IMG/VR virus record: IMGVR_UViG_3300049571_000258
Coordinates: 70,186 to 134,185 of that record
Reading direction: 5' to 3' (one strand)
Origin: a virus
Taxonomy: Duplodnaviria; Heunggongvirae; Uroviricota; Caudoviricetes
DNA length: 64,000 bases
Part shown: positions 25,740 to 34,245 of the stretch, piece by piece
How positions within the stretch are numbered: the first letter of the stretch is position 1
How the letters are laid out: each line of letters begins with the position of its first letter
Notes under the pieces: generated by a model
Told to the model about the DNA's origin: nothing
The model's input: only the letters and a program-made list of their open reading frames with translations
The model's database searches: none
Program-made: the position numbers and the translations under genes

Positions 25740-26002
25740 GCGACAACGTCGAGCACTACCTGTCGGCCGAGCAGGTCGTGGCGCTGTACACGATGATGAC
25801 GAAGGCGAACTGCCGGGGCGTGTACGTCGGCGAGGGTGTCGTCGGCCTCGCGCGCCTTCGCCTCGCGCACAGAGAGCACGAGAGCCTTTTCACCGGCGAG
25901 TACACCAGGAACGCCGCCTACACGACACACCTCTTCAACCGTGACGGCTTCGAGGTCCATCGACTGGGCGACAACCCGGCGCTGCCGGAGCGATCACGAT
26001 GA
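25736..26002 (+). CDS. hypothetical protein (88 aa)
   Basis: ORF track; overlap-coupled start. Confidence 0.5.
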   Translation: MSDNVEHYLSAEQVVALYTMMTKANCRGVYVGEGVVGLARLRLAHREHESLFTGEYTRNAAYTTHLFNRDGFEVHRLGDNPALPERSR

Positions 26003-26379
26003 TCGGCCCGCTGCTGGAGTGCGGTCACTTCTGCCACCAGGGCGATCAGTGTGACCCGCTCGACGAGCGTGAGGAAGCCTTCCTGCTGTGGTTGGGCGAG
26101 CACTGCCTGCGCGACGACCTGCGCGCGCCCTTCAGCGCCCACTCGACACACCGGGCCGACCAGGAGCCGTTCATGCGCGACGCGCCCAACCGGCGCCAGG
26201 ACGGCAACGCGTGGTTGATGCTGGACAAGAAGGGCGTCATAACCTGGGCCTACGACCACAAGGGCAAGGGCAACGCGACGATGCGCTACCGGCTGACGGC
26301 GCGCGGGGAGCAGCTGCTGCGTGCGCTGCGGCCGGAGCCGCCGGAGCAGCTGACGATCGAGGAGGGTGTTGATGGCTGA
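25999..26379 (+). CDS. hypothetical protein (126 aa)
   Basis: ORF track; overlap-coupled start. Confidence 0.5.
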   Translation: MIGPLLECGHFCHQGDQCDPLDEREEAFLLWLGEHCLRDDLRAPFSAHSTHRADQEPFMRDAPNRRQDGNAWLMLDKKGVITWAYDHKGKGNATMRYRLTARGEQLLRALRPEPPEQLTIEEGVDG

Positions 26380-26899
26380 CTGGGATGGGCGCTACCTGGC
26401 GATGGCGAAGCTCGTCGCCTCGTTCTCGAAGGATCCGAGCACGCAGTGCGGCGCGGTGATCGTGCGGCCAGACCGCACGCTGGCGAGCGTCGGCTTCAAC
26501 GGGTTCCCGATCGGTTGCGACGACGACGAAGCGCTGTACGCCGACCGCGAGACGAAGTACAGCCGGGTGGTGCACGCGGAGGTCAACGCTGTGCTGCTGG
26601 CGCGCGAGCCGGTGCACGGCTACACGCTGTACACGTACCCGGAGGGGTTCGGCCCGACGTGCGATCGCTGCGCGACGGTCGTGATCCAGGCGGGCATCAA
26701 GAGGGTCGTCCACGTCTTCGCTGACTCGCCGTTCGCGTCGCGCTGGCGCGAGGCCAACGAGCGCGGCCTGGCGATGTACGAGGAGGCGGGCGTCGAGGTT
26801 GTGCGCTACTGCTGGCACGACTACCAGATGCACCCCGGCTCCGACGACTTCGGCGTCTGCTCCCTGTGCGGCACGGAACGTTACGGGGACGAGCAGTAG
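26372..26899 (+). CDS. dCMP / cytidine deaminase-family zinc enzyme
   Basis: VHAEVNA (H-A-E zinc motif) and PTCDRCA (PCxxC) at canonical spacing; SD gaggag 8 nt upstream of ATG 26372. Confidence 0.8.
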   Translation: MADWDGRYLAMAKLVASFSKDPSTQCGAVIVRPDRTLASVGFNGFPIGCDDDEALYADRETKYSRVVHAEVNAVLLAREPVHGYTLYTYPEGFGPTCDRCATVVIQAGIKRVVHVFADSPFASRWREANERGLAMYEEAGVEVVRYCWHDYQMHPGSDDFGVCSLCGTERYGDEQ

Positions 26900-26945
26900 A
26901 TCAACCGGGTGCCGCGGATGGCGCGCCCAACGGGAGGTGGGACAC

Positions 26946-27077
26946 ATGAAGGTCACGAAGCCGGTCGCGGAGAAGTTCAAGGCGATGTTGGAGGAGTCCA
27001 CCGACAAGCGTCGCGACGAGTGGCTGACGGAGATGCTGACGATCTGCTACCCGAAGACGTCGATCCAGAACTCCTGA
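26946..27077 (+). CDS. small hypothetical protein (43 aa)
   Basis: SD gggaggtggg plus ATG; good GC3. Confidence 0.4.
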   Translation: MKVTKPVAEKFKAMLEESTDKRRDEWLTEMLTICYPKTSIQNS

Positions 27078-27490
27078 TGCTCTACCACAAGCAGTCCATC
27101 TGCAATGGGGAGACCGGCGACTGCCTGCGCACGGCAGTCGAGTGCATCCTGGAGCTTCCCCTGGCCACGCTGCGCAACTACACCGAGCCGGAGTACCGCG
27201 CCTTGTGGTTTTCGTACCTGTGCAACGACCTGTGGCGCCTGGGGAAGATCCGGACGTACACCTTCGAGGGCGGCGCCTTGTGGTGGCCCGAGGGGTATTG
27301 GGTCGCCACGGTGCCGTCGCTCAACGTGCCCAAGTCCCACCATGCCGTCGTGATGTACGGTGACCAGCTGGCGTGGGACGTGTCCCCCAACAAGCGCTAC
27401 GAGATGGTGCCGATGTGGCTCGTGTGCGACGGGATCGTCCTGCACGGCTACGAGGCCTACCTGGACAGTCGCTACCAGGAGGCGGCGTAG
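27077..27490 (+). CDS. hypothetical protein, possible papain-like Cys/His fold
   Basis: TGATG overlap start; CNGETGDC...HHAVVMYGD gives a Cys...His spacing typical of C39-like peptidases; weak. Confidence 0.45.
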   Translation: MLYHKQSICNGETGDCLRTAVECILELPLATLRNYTEPEYRALWFSYLCNDLWRLGKIRTYTFEGGALWWPEGYWVATVPSLNVPKSHHAVVMYGDQLAWDVSPNKRYEMVPMWLVCDGIVLHGYEAYLDSRYQEAA

Positions 27491-27545
27491 TTGGTAACGA
27501 TTTGTGCTAGCGTGGCGCGCGCAAATCCGTCCAGGAGGTAGAACC

Positions 27546-28175
27546 TTGCGAAAGACCATCGTCGCGTGTGCGGCGACGGCGGCGCTGCTGTTGGCCCCGG
27601 GCACCGCGTTGGCGGGTTGGGGCTACGGTCATCATCACGACTCGGGCGGGCACGAGTGCCATCCGACGCCGCCTCCGCCTCCTCCGCCACCCCCTCCGCC
27701 GCCACCGCCGCCGCCACCGCCCCCTCCGCCTCCTCCGCCGCCACCGCCGCCTCCTCCGGCTCCCCCGGAGACGCCGCCCGCGCCGCCGGAGACGCCACCG
27801 GTGTCGCCGGAGCAGCCTCCGGCTCTCCCGGAGGCCCCGCAGCCGCCACAGGCGCCGCCCGCGCCCCCGCAGAAGCCGAAGCAGCCCAAGGCCAAGCCGA
27901 AGCCCCCGAAGCGGCCGAAGTTCGTCGCTCGCGCGAACTGCGCGACGGCGACGTCGACCGTGAGGGTGCGCGGCACCGGCATCAAGTCGGTCCGGTTCTC
28001 AGTGAAGGGCAAGACGATCCAGTCCGGCAAGCGGCACACGCTGCGCATGTCGGCGCGGGACTTCGCCGACGGGTGGTACAAGGTCAAGGCCCACGTCCGG
28101 TTCGACGGCGGCCAGACCCGCACCTACACCGTGGACGTCTACGTGTGCGAGAAGTTCTGGCCCGGCACGGGCTAG
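27546..28175 (+). CDS. secreted protein with ~50-residue polyproline tract and a C-terminal beta-rich domain
   Basis: SD caggaggtag plus TTG; signal peptide KTIVACAATAALLLAPGTALA; His/Cys patch GHHHDSGGHECH; ccgcc/ccncc repeats 27661-27770 encode poly-Pro. Confidence 0.6.
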   Translation: MRKTIVACAATAALLLAPGTALAGWGYGHHHDSGGHECHPTPPPPPPPPPPPPPPPPPPPPPPPPPPPPPPAPPETPPAPPETPPVSPEQPPALPEAPQPPQAPPAPPQKPKQPKAKPKPPKRPKFVARANCATATSTVRVRGTGIKSVRFSVKGKTIQSGKRHTLRMSARDFADGWYKVKAHVRFDGGQTRTYTVDVYVCEKFWPGTG

Positions 28176-28222
28176 GTGCCAGACGTATCCAGAGGCCCGC
28201 TTCGGCGGGCCTCTCTCGTAAG

Positions 28223-28243
28223 CGCACGTCGTGCGCTAGCATG
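28223..28243 (+). promoter_or_regulatory. promoter/operator: gcgcacgtcgtgcgc + TAGCAT; leaderless ATG at 28249
   Basis: Perfect palindrome GCGCAC-gtc-GTGCGC abutting the -10 box; ATG 5 nt after the -10. Confidence 0.5.
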
Positions 28244-28248
28244 CGGGC

Positions 28249-28473
28249 ATGACGATCTGGAATACTACGAAGACGACATCCGCGGTGCTGCTCGGCGAGA
28301 AGGAGATCGCCTCCGCCGTCGCCTCCGCCAAGAAGGTATGCGCGAAGATCGCGCTCGACCAGAAGCTGACCGACGAGCAGCGCGCGATCCTGTTCGGGCG
28401 CGCGCTGGACGAGTGCCTGGGCCACGAGCGGCTGCGCATGCTCCGGGAGCAGGAGCACCGTGACGAGTCCTGA
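28249..28473 (+). CDS. hypothetical protein (74 aa)
   Basis: Leaderless ORF from the promoter at 28223; ORF track. Confidence 0.5.
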   Translation: MTIWNTTKTTSAVLLGEKEIASAVASAKKVCAKIALDQKLTDEQRAILFGRALDECLGHERLRMLREQEHRDES

Positions 28474-28804
28474 GGCGTACCTGACTCCTCGTGGCGTGGA
28501 GACGTTCGAGCGCGAGTTGAACGGGGTGCAGCAGCGCGCCCTCCTGCGCTACTTCGAGCAGCTGCACGGCTTCGCGTCGTACGAGGCGACGTACTACGAC
28601 GGGGTGCTCTACGCGGTTGTCGACCACAGCTACGAGGCGCCGGGCACGGCGGGCGCGCGGGCGAAGTTCTTCCGCAACTTCCTCGCCGTCTGCCAGGAGC
28701 GCCACCTGGATCCGAGCGACCCGAAGGTGCCGCTGGCGCTCCTCTATGACGCGGCGCTCGACATCACGCTCGACATCGTGCACGAGGCAGACGGCGGCGA
28801 GTGA
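28460..28804 (+). CDS. hypothetical protein (114 aa)
   Basis: ORF track; overlap-coupled. Confidence 0.5.
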   Translation: MTSPEAYLTPRGVETFERELNGVQQRALLRYFEQLHGFASYEATYYDGVLYAVVDHSYEAPGTAGARAKFFRNFLAVCQERHLDPSDPKVPLALLYDAALDITLDIVHEADGGE

Positions 28805-29106
28805 GCGAGTGGGAGTGCCCCAACTGTGGCCAGGGCCAGGGTGACCACCACTACGCCTGCGTGGTCGAACGAGTCCTCGCCGAACTGGAGGCGATGGGCC
28901 AGGGGCGGCCGACGTCGATCGTGGGCGAGGCGCAGGCCTATCACGAACACCTCATCCGCAAGATGATGATCCAGATGGGCTACGACACCGGCGAGGTCGT
29001 CAGGGCGACGTCGTCCGTCGTGGTTCGATCGTGCGACGGCGACCGGATCACGTGGGCCGCCGACCTGCCGCCCGCGGTGCAGGCGCGCATTCGTCGCTTG
29101 CAGTAG
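28801..29106 (+). CDS. hypothetical protein with N-terminal CPNCG zinc knuckle
   Basis: GTG in a GTGA overlap; ORF track. Confidence 0.5.
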   Translation: MSEWECPNCGQGQGDHHYACVVERVLAELEAMGQGRPTSIVGEAQAYHEHLIRKMMIQMGYDTGEVVRATSSVVVRSCDGDRITWAADLPPAVQARIRRLQ

Positions 29107-29136
29107 TTGACACAGCTGACAACGGTCGGCTAGGCT
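29107..29136 (+). promoter_or_regulatory. sigma70-like promoter TTGACA, 18 bp spacer, TAGGCT
   Basis: Consensus -35 and a TAnnnT -10 at near-canonical spacing, directly after a stop; 5'UTR hairpin gcgaggc/gcctcgc, then SD ggaggtagg. Confidence 0.5.
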
Positions 29137-29185
29137 GGCGACCGTGCGAGGCATGCACGCCTCGCTTCCGACCAGGAGGTAGGAG

Positions 29186-29419
29186 ATGTTGGATCGCGGC
29201 GAGTATGTGGACGCCCTCGCCGAGGCGTTCGAGACCGTCAAGGCCGCGCGGGAGAAGCCGGGTGCCGCGCTCTCCCCCGACATGGAGACGGCCGCCTTCG
29301 AGCGGATCTTGAACGACCTGCTCATGGAGAGGATCGTGCTGGCGGAGTCGCCACCCCCCCCGCCACCGACACAGGCGGACATCGTCGCGCAGCGCTTGCA
29401 GACCGGCTCCGTCCGCTAG
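29186..29419 (+). CDS. hypothetical protein (77 aa)
   Basis: SD ggaggtaggag plus ATG. Confidence 0.5.
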   Translation: MLDRGEYVDALAEAFETVKAAREKPGAALSPDMETAAFERILNDLLMERIVLAESPPPPPPTQADIVAQRLQTGSVR

Positions 29420-29427
29420 GTGTCGCC

Positions 29428-29631
29428 ATGCTCGACAACAAGGTGCTGCGGACGCCGTCCGGGCTGCTCGTGTACGACGACGAGCAGCTGGCCATTCGTC
29501 TCGCGCGGTCGCGCAACCTGACCATCACGGTCATCGACGCCAACATGCGCGTGTGCCCTCCGCCGGACTGGGATCGTCTCTACTGGTGCCATCCGAAGCG
29601 CGAGGCACACATCATGAGCGAAGTCTGCTAA
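29428..29631 (+). CDS. hypothetical protein (67 aa)
   Basis: ORF track. Confidence 0.45.
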   Translation: MLDNKVLRTPSGLLVYDDEQLAIRLARSRNLTITVIDANMRVCPPPDWDRLYWCHPKREAHIMSEVC

Positions 29632-29642
29632 CGTCTTGAGCT

Positions 29643-29840
29643 ATGGAGAGCGTGATCGACACGTCCAGCCCCTCGAAGGTGGCGAAGCTGATCGAGCAGT
29701 CCATCAACGACGGGCCGACGCTGCTGCGCCTGAGGCGTGCGATCACGAACTCCGGCGACCTGACGAGCGGGCAGAAGAACCTGCTGCTGAGCCGCGTTCA
29801 GCGGTTCCTGGACGACATCGACATCGAGGAGGTGTCCTAG
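29643..29840 (+). CDS. hypothetical protein (65 aa)
   Basis: ORF track; lower GC3 than neighbours. Confidence 0.4.
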   Translation: MESVIDTSSPSKVAKLIEQSINDGPTLLRLRRAITNSGDLTSGQKNLLLSRVQRFLDDIDIEEVS

Positions 29841-30080
29841 ATGGTGACGACAGCCGAGAACATCGCGCCGTACTTCCGGACCTGGGGCACCCTTCACGAG
29901 GGTCAGCGCCACCAGGTGGAGCGCATCTGGCGCGCCCTGCCGGGCACGCCGGAGGACAAGCGCGCGTGGTTCCTCGTGCGCAACGACGAGGGCATGACGC
30001 GCATCGGCCGGGTTGCGTCCGGCGAGGGCGATGCCGTCCTCGGTGACGCGATGACCGAGTTCGAGCTTCCGCGCGCCTGA
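29841..30080 (+). CDS. hypothetical protein (79 aa)
   Basis: ORF track; SD ggagg in the previous gene's tail. Confidence 0.45.
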   Translation: MVTTAENIAPYFRTWGTLHEGQRHQVERIWRALPGTPEDKRAWFLVRNDEGMTRIGRVASGEGDAVLGDAMTEFELPRA

Positions 30081-30328
30081 TGGCCTACTGCCGGTTCCTC
30101 GACGCCGACGCCTACTTCTACCTGGACGTCAACGGCTACTACACGTGCTGCGCGTGCACGATGGCCGAGGACCAGCGGTTCTACACGACCGACTCGGCCA
30201 TCGCGCACCTGCGCGCGCACGAGGCCGCGGGCGACCGCATCCCCGACTACGCGTTCTCCCGCCTGGAGGGCGACCGCGCCGAGAACGACCGGTGGATCGA
30301 GGAGCAGTCCATCCGGCCAGCCACGTAG
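30080..30328 (+). CDS. hypothetical protein with CCAC cluster (82 aa)
   Basis: ORF track; TGATG overlap. Confidence 0.45.
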   Translation: MAYCRFLDADAYFYLDVNGYYTCCACTMAEDQRFYTTDSAIAHLRAHEAAGDRIPDYAFSRLEGDRAENDRWIEEQSIRPAT

Positions 30329-30494
30329 GCTCACGACATGCGATTGGTAGAAGGGAGTTCCCCTTCGTAGCTGGCGGCCCGACGGCCTTAGACCGGCGGC
30401 GGCGTCGGGGACGGATCGGAGCTTCACGCACGCGACCTCGTGCCGATCCGGTAGTGACCACGCCAGCCGGTTCCCCTACTACCCCTACACGCAC

Positions 30495-30668
30495 ATGAGC
30501 AACGGCGTCCCCAACTGGTTCGCGAACGAGACCGACCAGCGCGGCTTCGAGCAGTTCCTGCGCGACCGCAACGAGCACCCTGAGCAGCTGAAGGCGCGCC
30601 GGGAGAAGAAGCGCGCGAAGCGACGCGCGGCGAAGAAGGCGCGCAAGACCACCGGGAGGAACCGATGA
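30495..30668 (+). CDS. small basic protein (57 aa)
   Basis: ATG...TGA; Lys/Arg-rich C-terminus; below the ORF-track cutoff. Confidence 0.35.
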   Translation: MSNGVPNWFANETDQRGFEQFLRDRNEHPEQLKARREKKRAKRRAAKKARKTTGRNR

Positions 30669-30952
30669 GCCGTGACGCATCGCAGGATCCGAGCAGCCCG
30701 GAGTTCGGGCGCACGTGGGCGGAGCCGACAGTGGAGGCGAACCTCTCCGACGTCCAGGATCTCGTGCACCAGATCAAGACGCTGACGGGGCGCGTGAGGC
30801 GCTATCAGGCGCAGATCGACGACCAGAATCAGGCGATCGCAGCGAAGAACGCGCGCATCGCCGAACTGGAGAAGACGATGGCCGCGATCGCCGACGGCGC
30901 GAACCACTCGATCGCCGCGGGCCTCGCCGCCGAGGCGCTGGAGACGCGATGA
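30665..30952 (+). CDS. coiled-coil hypothetical protein (95 aa)
   Basis: ATGA overlap; heptad-like QAQIDDQNQAIAAKNARIAELEK. Confidence 0.5.
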   Translation: MSRDASQDPSSPEFGRTWAEPTVEANLSDVQDLVHQIKTLTGRVRRYQAQIDDQNQAIAAKNARIAELEKTMAAIADGANHSIAAGLAAEALETR

Positions 30953-31233
30953 ACCCGGATGTCGACATCTTTGCGGTCGCGCGGGATCTGCGCGAGCAGA
31001 ACCGCAAGCACAACATCTGGCACGGCGAGCTTCAGGCGCAGATCGCGCGGCGCGATGGGGCGCTGTCGGCGATCAAGTCGGCGCTCTACCGGATCTTCGA
31101 CTTGGACGGCGTGAAGGGGTCGCCGGAGGAGGTCGAGGCGGCGATCGCCGACTGCATGCTTGCGCTCGGCGAGGTCGAGTTGGCGGAGATGTCCGACGCG
31201 CAGATCACCGCGGCGATCGAGAAGCACTCCTAG
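30949..31233 (+). CDS. hypothetical protein (94 aa)
   Basis: ATGA overlap; in frame with ORF 30715..31233. Confidence 0.45.
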   Translation: MNPDVDIFAVARDLREQNRKHNIWHGELQAQIARRDGALSAIKSALYRIFDLDGVKGSPEEVEAAIADCMLALGEVELAEMSDAQITAAIEKHS

Positions 31234-31242
31234 CGGATCCGC

Positions 31243-31282
31243 CATAGACTGTCATGGGGATGTGCTATGGTCTTTCCCCATG
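31243..31282 (+). promoter_or_regulatory. nested inverted repeats plus extended -10 TGcTATGGT overlapping the leaderless start of the XRE regulator gene
   Basis: ccatag...ctatgg and catgggga...tccccatg inverted repeats; TATGGT -10 lies 8 nt before ATG 31280. Confidence 0.45.
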
Positions 31283-31624
31283 AGCGATGAGTTCACAGAC
31301 CGCATCTCCGAGGCGCTGAAGCGCGCTCGCGAGACGGCGGGCATCTCTCAGACGGAGGCGGCGAAGCGGTCTGGCATCCACCAGACCACGATCTCCGACT
31401 ACGAGAACGGCCACTCCGAGCCACGGCTGCGGAACCTGGCCAGCCTCGCCGCTGCGTACGGCGCGAAGACCGGTGACCTGGTCGACGCGCTCAACCTCGA
31501 CCACACCTCCCTCGCGTCGGTCGCTGCGCGCATCGCGCCGGTCGCGTCGACCGAGGGGATGTCGCTGGAGGAGCGCTTGCGCTCCCTGGAGGCGCGCGTG
31601 GCCGACCTAGAGAACCGGAGGTAG
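31280..31624 (+). CDS. XRE-family HTH transcriptional regulator
   Basis: ISQTEAAKRSGIHQTTISDYENG, a Cro/C1-type HTH; C-terminal coiled coil. Confidence 0.7.
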   Translation: MSDEFTDRISEALKRARETAGISQTEAAKRSGIHQTTISDYENGHSEPRLRNLASLAAAYGAKTGDLVDALNLDHTSLASVAARIAPVASTEGMSLEERLRSLEARVADLENRR

Positions 31625-31628
31625 GCAC

Positions 31629-32441
31629 ATGTCCACCACCACCCGACGTCGCCCGAGCAAGGCGACAGGCAAGGGCCAGTCGTTCTACACGCTGGTCACG
31701 TTCGACACGTCAAGCAACCGCCCGAACGTGCGCTTTCTGCGCGAGGGCATCGCATTCGACGACGCGCCGGTGCTGACGTACGCCGACTACGCGCCGCACG
31801 GCGGCACGCCGCTGTACGACGCCACGAAGGCGACGATCTACGCGCTCGACAAGGCGGTCACCGAGAAGCCCGACGGCGTGCACTTCGCGATCGTGCTGGA
31901 CGAGTCCGGCTCGATGGGCCACCTGCGCCAGTCGGTCATCGATGGCGCGAACGAGTTCGTCAACGCCCTGCGTGGCCAGAAGCCCGAGGGCGAGGGCCGC
32001 GTGATGATGGTCCTGTTCACCGACGGCTACGAGAACGCCTCCGAGACGACCGCCGAGGAGATCCAGGGCCTCATCAAGGAGCGCGAGGCGATCGGCTGGG
32101 ACATCGTCTACATGGGGGCCAACCAGGACGCGCAGCAGGCGGCGCGCGGCATGGGGATCGACGTCTCCAAGCCGGGGTCCTACTTCAACTACACGGCGAC
32201 GCGCCGCGGGACGCAGGTGGCCAACGCCGCGATCTCCAGCCTGAGCGTCGGCTACCTGGCCGAGGACGGCAAGGCCAACCTGCGCTCGCAGGCGTCGGCG
32301 CTTGGCGACACGCTCGGTGGGGAGCCGGACATCCCGGTGGCGCCGTCGAACGTGGCGGCGGCCCCACGCGAGCAGGCCGGGTCGGCGTATGACCTCTCCG
32401 ACGTCCTGAAGAAGGCTCGCGGGGAGGGCGACAAGTCGTGA
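31629..32441 (+). CDS. von Willebrand factor A (vWA) domain protein
   Basis: MIDAS motif VLDESGSM...TPL...FTDGYEN; SD ggaggtagg. Confidence 0.7.
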   Translation: MSTTTRRRPSKATGKGQSFYTLVTFDTSSNRPNVRFLREGIAFDDAPVLTYADYAPHGGTPLYDATKATIYALDKAVTEKPDGVHFAIVLDESGSMGHLRQSVIDGANEFVNALRGQKPEGEGRVMMVLFTDGYENASETTAEEIQGLIKEREAIGWDIVYMGANQDAQQAARGMGIDVSKPGSYFNYTATRRGTQVANAAISSLSVGYLAEDGKANLRSQASALGDTLGGEPDIPVAPSNVAAAPREQAGSAYDLSDVLKKARGEGDKS

Positions 32442-32592
32442 CCTGTCCGAACTGCGGCTACTGCCCGGCGTGCGGCCGGGTCGGCTGGCCATACGCGCGA
32501 GACTGGCGTGTGCGGCCCTGCCTGCCTCCGAGGCCCTGGTATTGGGAGGCGCGCGACCGAGATTTCATGCCGGTCGGCGGAGCCATCGCTAG
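32438..32592 (+). CDS. small zinc-ribbon protein (51 aa)
   Basis: GTGA overlap; CPNCGYCPACG. Confidence 0.3.
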
Positions 32593-32618
32593 GGCACAAG
32601 AAGCCCTTCGGAGCTAAA

Positions 32619-32641
32619 AGCCCCGGAAACGGGCTGTTTGG
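32619..32641. terminator. hairpin plus U-rich tail (intrinsic terminator)
   Basis: agccc-cggaaac-gggct followed by gtttgg. Confidence 0.45.
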
Positions 32642-32901
32642 AAAGTGGGGGTTTGACCCTCAGCGAAGTGGGGTAGTGCGCGTGCATCACCATCCCTACT
32701 TCGCTAGCGTGGTGTGCGAAGCCGGAGCGTGCTGGCCCACCTTCCGGCTTCGCAGGAACACCGAACAGGGTTCCTACCTCCCCTGTTCGTGTGCGTGCAT
32801 AGGGCGGGGCGGCTCCAGGAAGGAGTCGTCCCCCCTCCTATCTCTCCTAACGTTCTCCTCCCGTATCGACACTCCTGCTCAGAACCTTGAGCGGGAGTTG
32901 T

Positions 32902-32922
32902 AGCACATGACATGTGCTACAG
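32902..32922 (+). promoter_or_regulatory. promoter/operator: gcacatgacatgtgc + TACAGT, upstream of the SPFH gene
   Basis: Palindrome GCACAT-gac-ATGTGC abutting a TAnnnT box; SD gaggaggg and TTG 32962 downstream. Confidence 0.5.
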
Positions 32923-32961
32923 TGCGCGCCGCACGCAACCTAATCCCAACGAGGAGGGACA

Positions 32962-33945
32962 TTGTCTAGCGGTGCGCAGCCTCTCAAGTGGCTCGGTGTA
33001 GCAATCGGCGCGCTCGTCGCGATCTTCGTCGTCATCTGGTTCTTCAGCTGGGTGACGGCCTTCAAGGGGACGGACGTCGGCCAGATCTGCGTCGTGCGCG
33101 AGGGCGGCCTTTTCGACGGGCGAGACATCGCCTACGTCCGCCAGCCGGGCGAGGGCGTGAAGAACATCGGCACCTGGAACCACCAGGACTGCCTGCCAGC
33201 CACGGAGCGCGACTCCAACGACGTGCTGGAGAAGGACCCGCAGTTCCCGACTCGTGACGGCGTGCTGCTGACCGCAGACGCTCAGGTGCTGTTCTCCCTG
33301 ACACGAGACGAGAGCAAGGTCAAGCAGTTCTACAAGTCGTACGGCCGTCGCAAGTGGGGTGACGCCCAGATGACGACCGACGCCGGGTGGCTCAACTTCC
33401 TGCGCGAGCGCTTCGCGCCGGTCGTGCTGGACGCCTACCGCGAGACGATCGGCGAGTACGACTGCGTCCAGCTGAACAACCTCTGCCAGTACGTGCTCGA
33501 CCCGACGAGGGTCGCGACCGAGGGCAAGGTCGACGAGGCCAACAACGACCAGAACCTCGCCGAGGCGCAGACGAAGATCCAGGAGACGCTGAAGGCGCGC
33601 CTGCGCGCCGCGTTCGGCGACGACTACTTCGAGAACGTCCGGGTGCAGAACCTCCGGGTGCGATTCGAGCCGGACGTCCAGGCGCAGATCACGCAGGCGC
33701 AGGCCAAGCGTGCCGAGGTCGCCAAGGCCAAGCTGGAGGCCGACCGGCAGGTCGAGGTGGCCGAGGGCCAGCGTCGCGCGGCGAAGGAACTCGCCGAGGC
33801 CCGCATCGAGGCCAAGCGCGGCTACGACAACAACCCCGTCCAGGCCGACATCGACAAGATCAAGGCCTTCTGCGGCGACGACGGGTGCGACCCGAAGGTC
33901 GTCGGCGGCGGGGACGTCATCACCTCCATCACGGGAGGCAAGTAG
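32962..33945 (+). CDS. SPFH/Band-7 (stomatin/prohibitin/HflK-like) domain protein
   Basis: N-terminal TM helix; SPFH core ...YVRQPGE...TRDGVLLTADAQVLFSL...; long Ala/Glu/Lys coiled coil. Confidence 0.7.
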   Translation: MSSGAQPLKWLGVAIGALVAIFVVIWFFSWVTAFKGTDVGQICVVREGGLFDGRDIAYVRQPGEGVKNIGTWNHQDCLPATERDSNDVLEKDPQFPTRDGVLLTADAQVLFSLTRDESKVKQFYKSYGRRKWGDAQMTTDAGWLNFLRERFAPVVLDAYRETIGEYDCVQLNNLCQYVLDPTRVATEGKVDEANNDQNLAEAQTKIQETLKARLRAAFGDDYFENVRVQNLRVRFEPDVQAQITQAQAKRAEVAKAKLEADRQVEVAEGQRRAAKELAEARIEAKRGYDNNPVQADIDKIKAFCGDDGCDPKVVGGGDVITSITGGK

Positions 33946-33948
33946 GAC

Positions 33949-34242
33949 ATGCGCGTCATCGGCCCCCTGATCCTCCTGTTGGTCGTCCTCGTGGTCGCCT
34001 TCGTGATCGTCTGGGTGCGTGGCGCCTGGCGAGAGTTCCGTCGGCGGCGCTACCAGGTCACGACGTTCGTGGATGGCGGGGGGTCGATGATCGTCGCCGT
34101 GGAGAAGGAGTTGCCCGGCGGCACCGCGCGACGCGTGGTGAAGACGCTGCCGCCCGGCATGGAGCCGATCGACTTCAAGGTCGAGCTACAGGAAGCTCTC
34201 GCTGAGGCGACGCAAGTCCGCGACAGTCTGAACGAGAGGTAG
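33949..34242 (+). CDS. small membrane protein following the SPFH gene (possible NfeD-like partner)
   Basis: N-terminal TM (LILLLVVLVVAFVIVWV), then a short soluble domain; the SPFH-partner position is the only argument. Confidence 0.45.
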   Translation: MRVIGPLILLLVVLVVAFVIVWVRGAWREFRRRRYQVTTFVDGGGSMIVAVEKELPGGTARRVVKTLPPGMEPIDFKVELQEALAEATQVRDSLNER

Positions 34243-34245
34243 GCC

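Noticed and set aside
27661-27770. CCGCC/CCTCC short tandem repeats, considered as a repeat element or CRISPR-like array
   Set aside because: Perfectly in frame within a signal-peptide-bearing ORF and translating to polyproline. No spacer-repeat periodicity of 28-37 nt.
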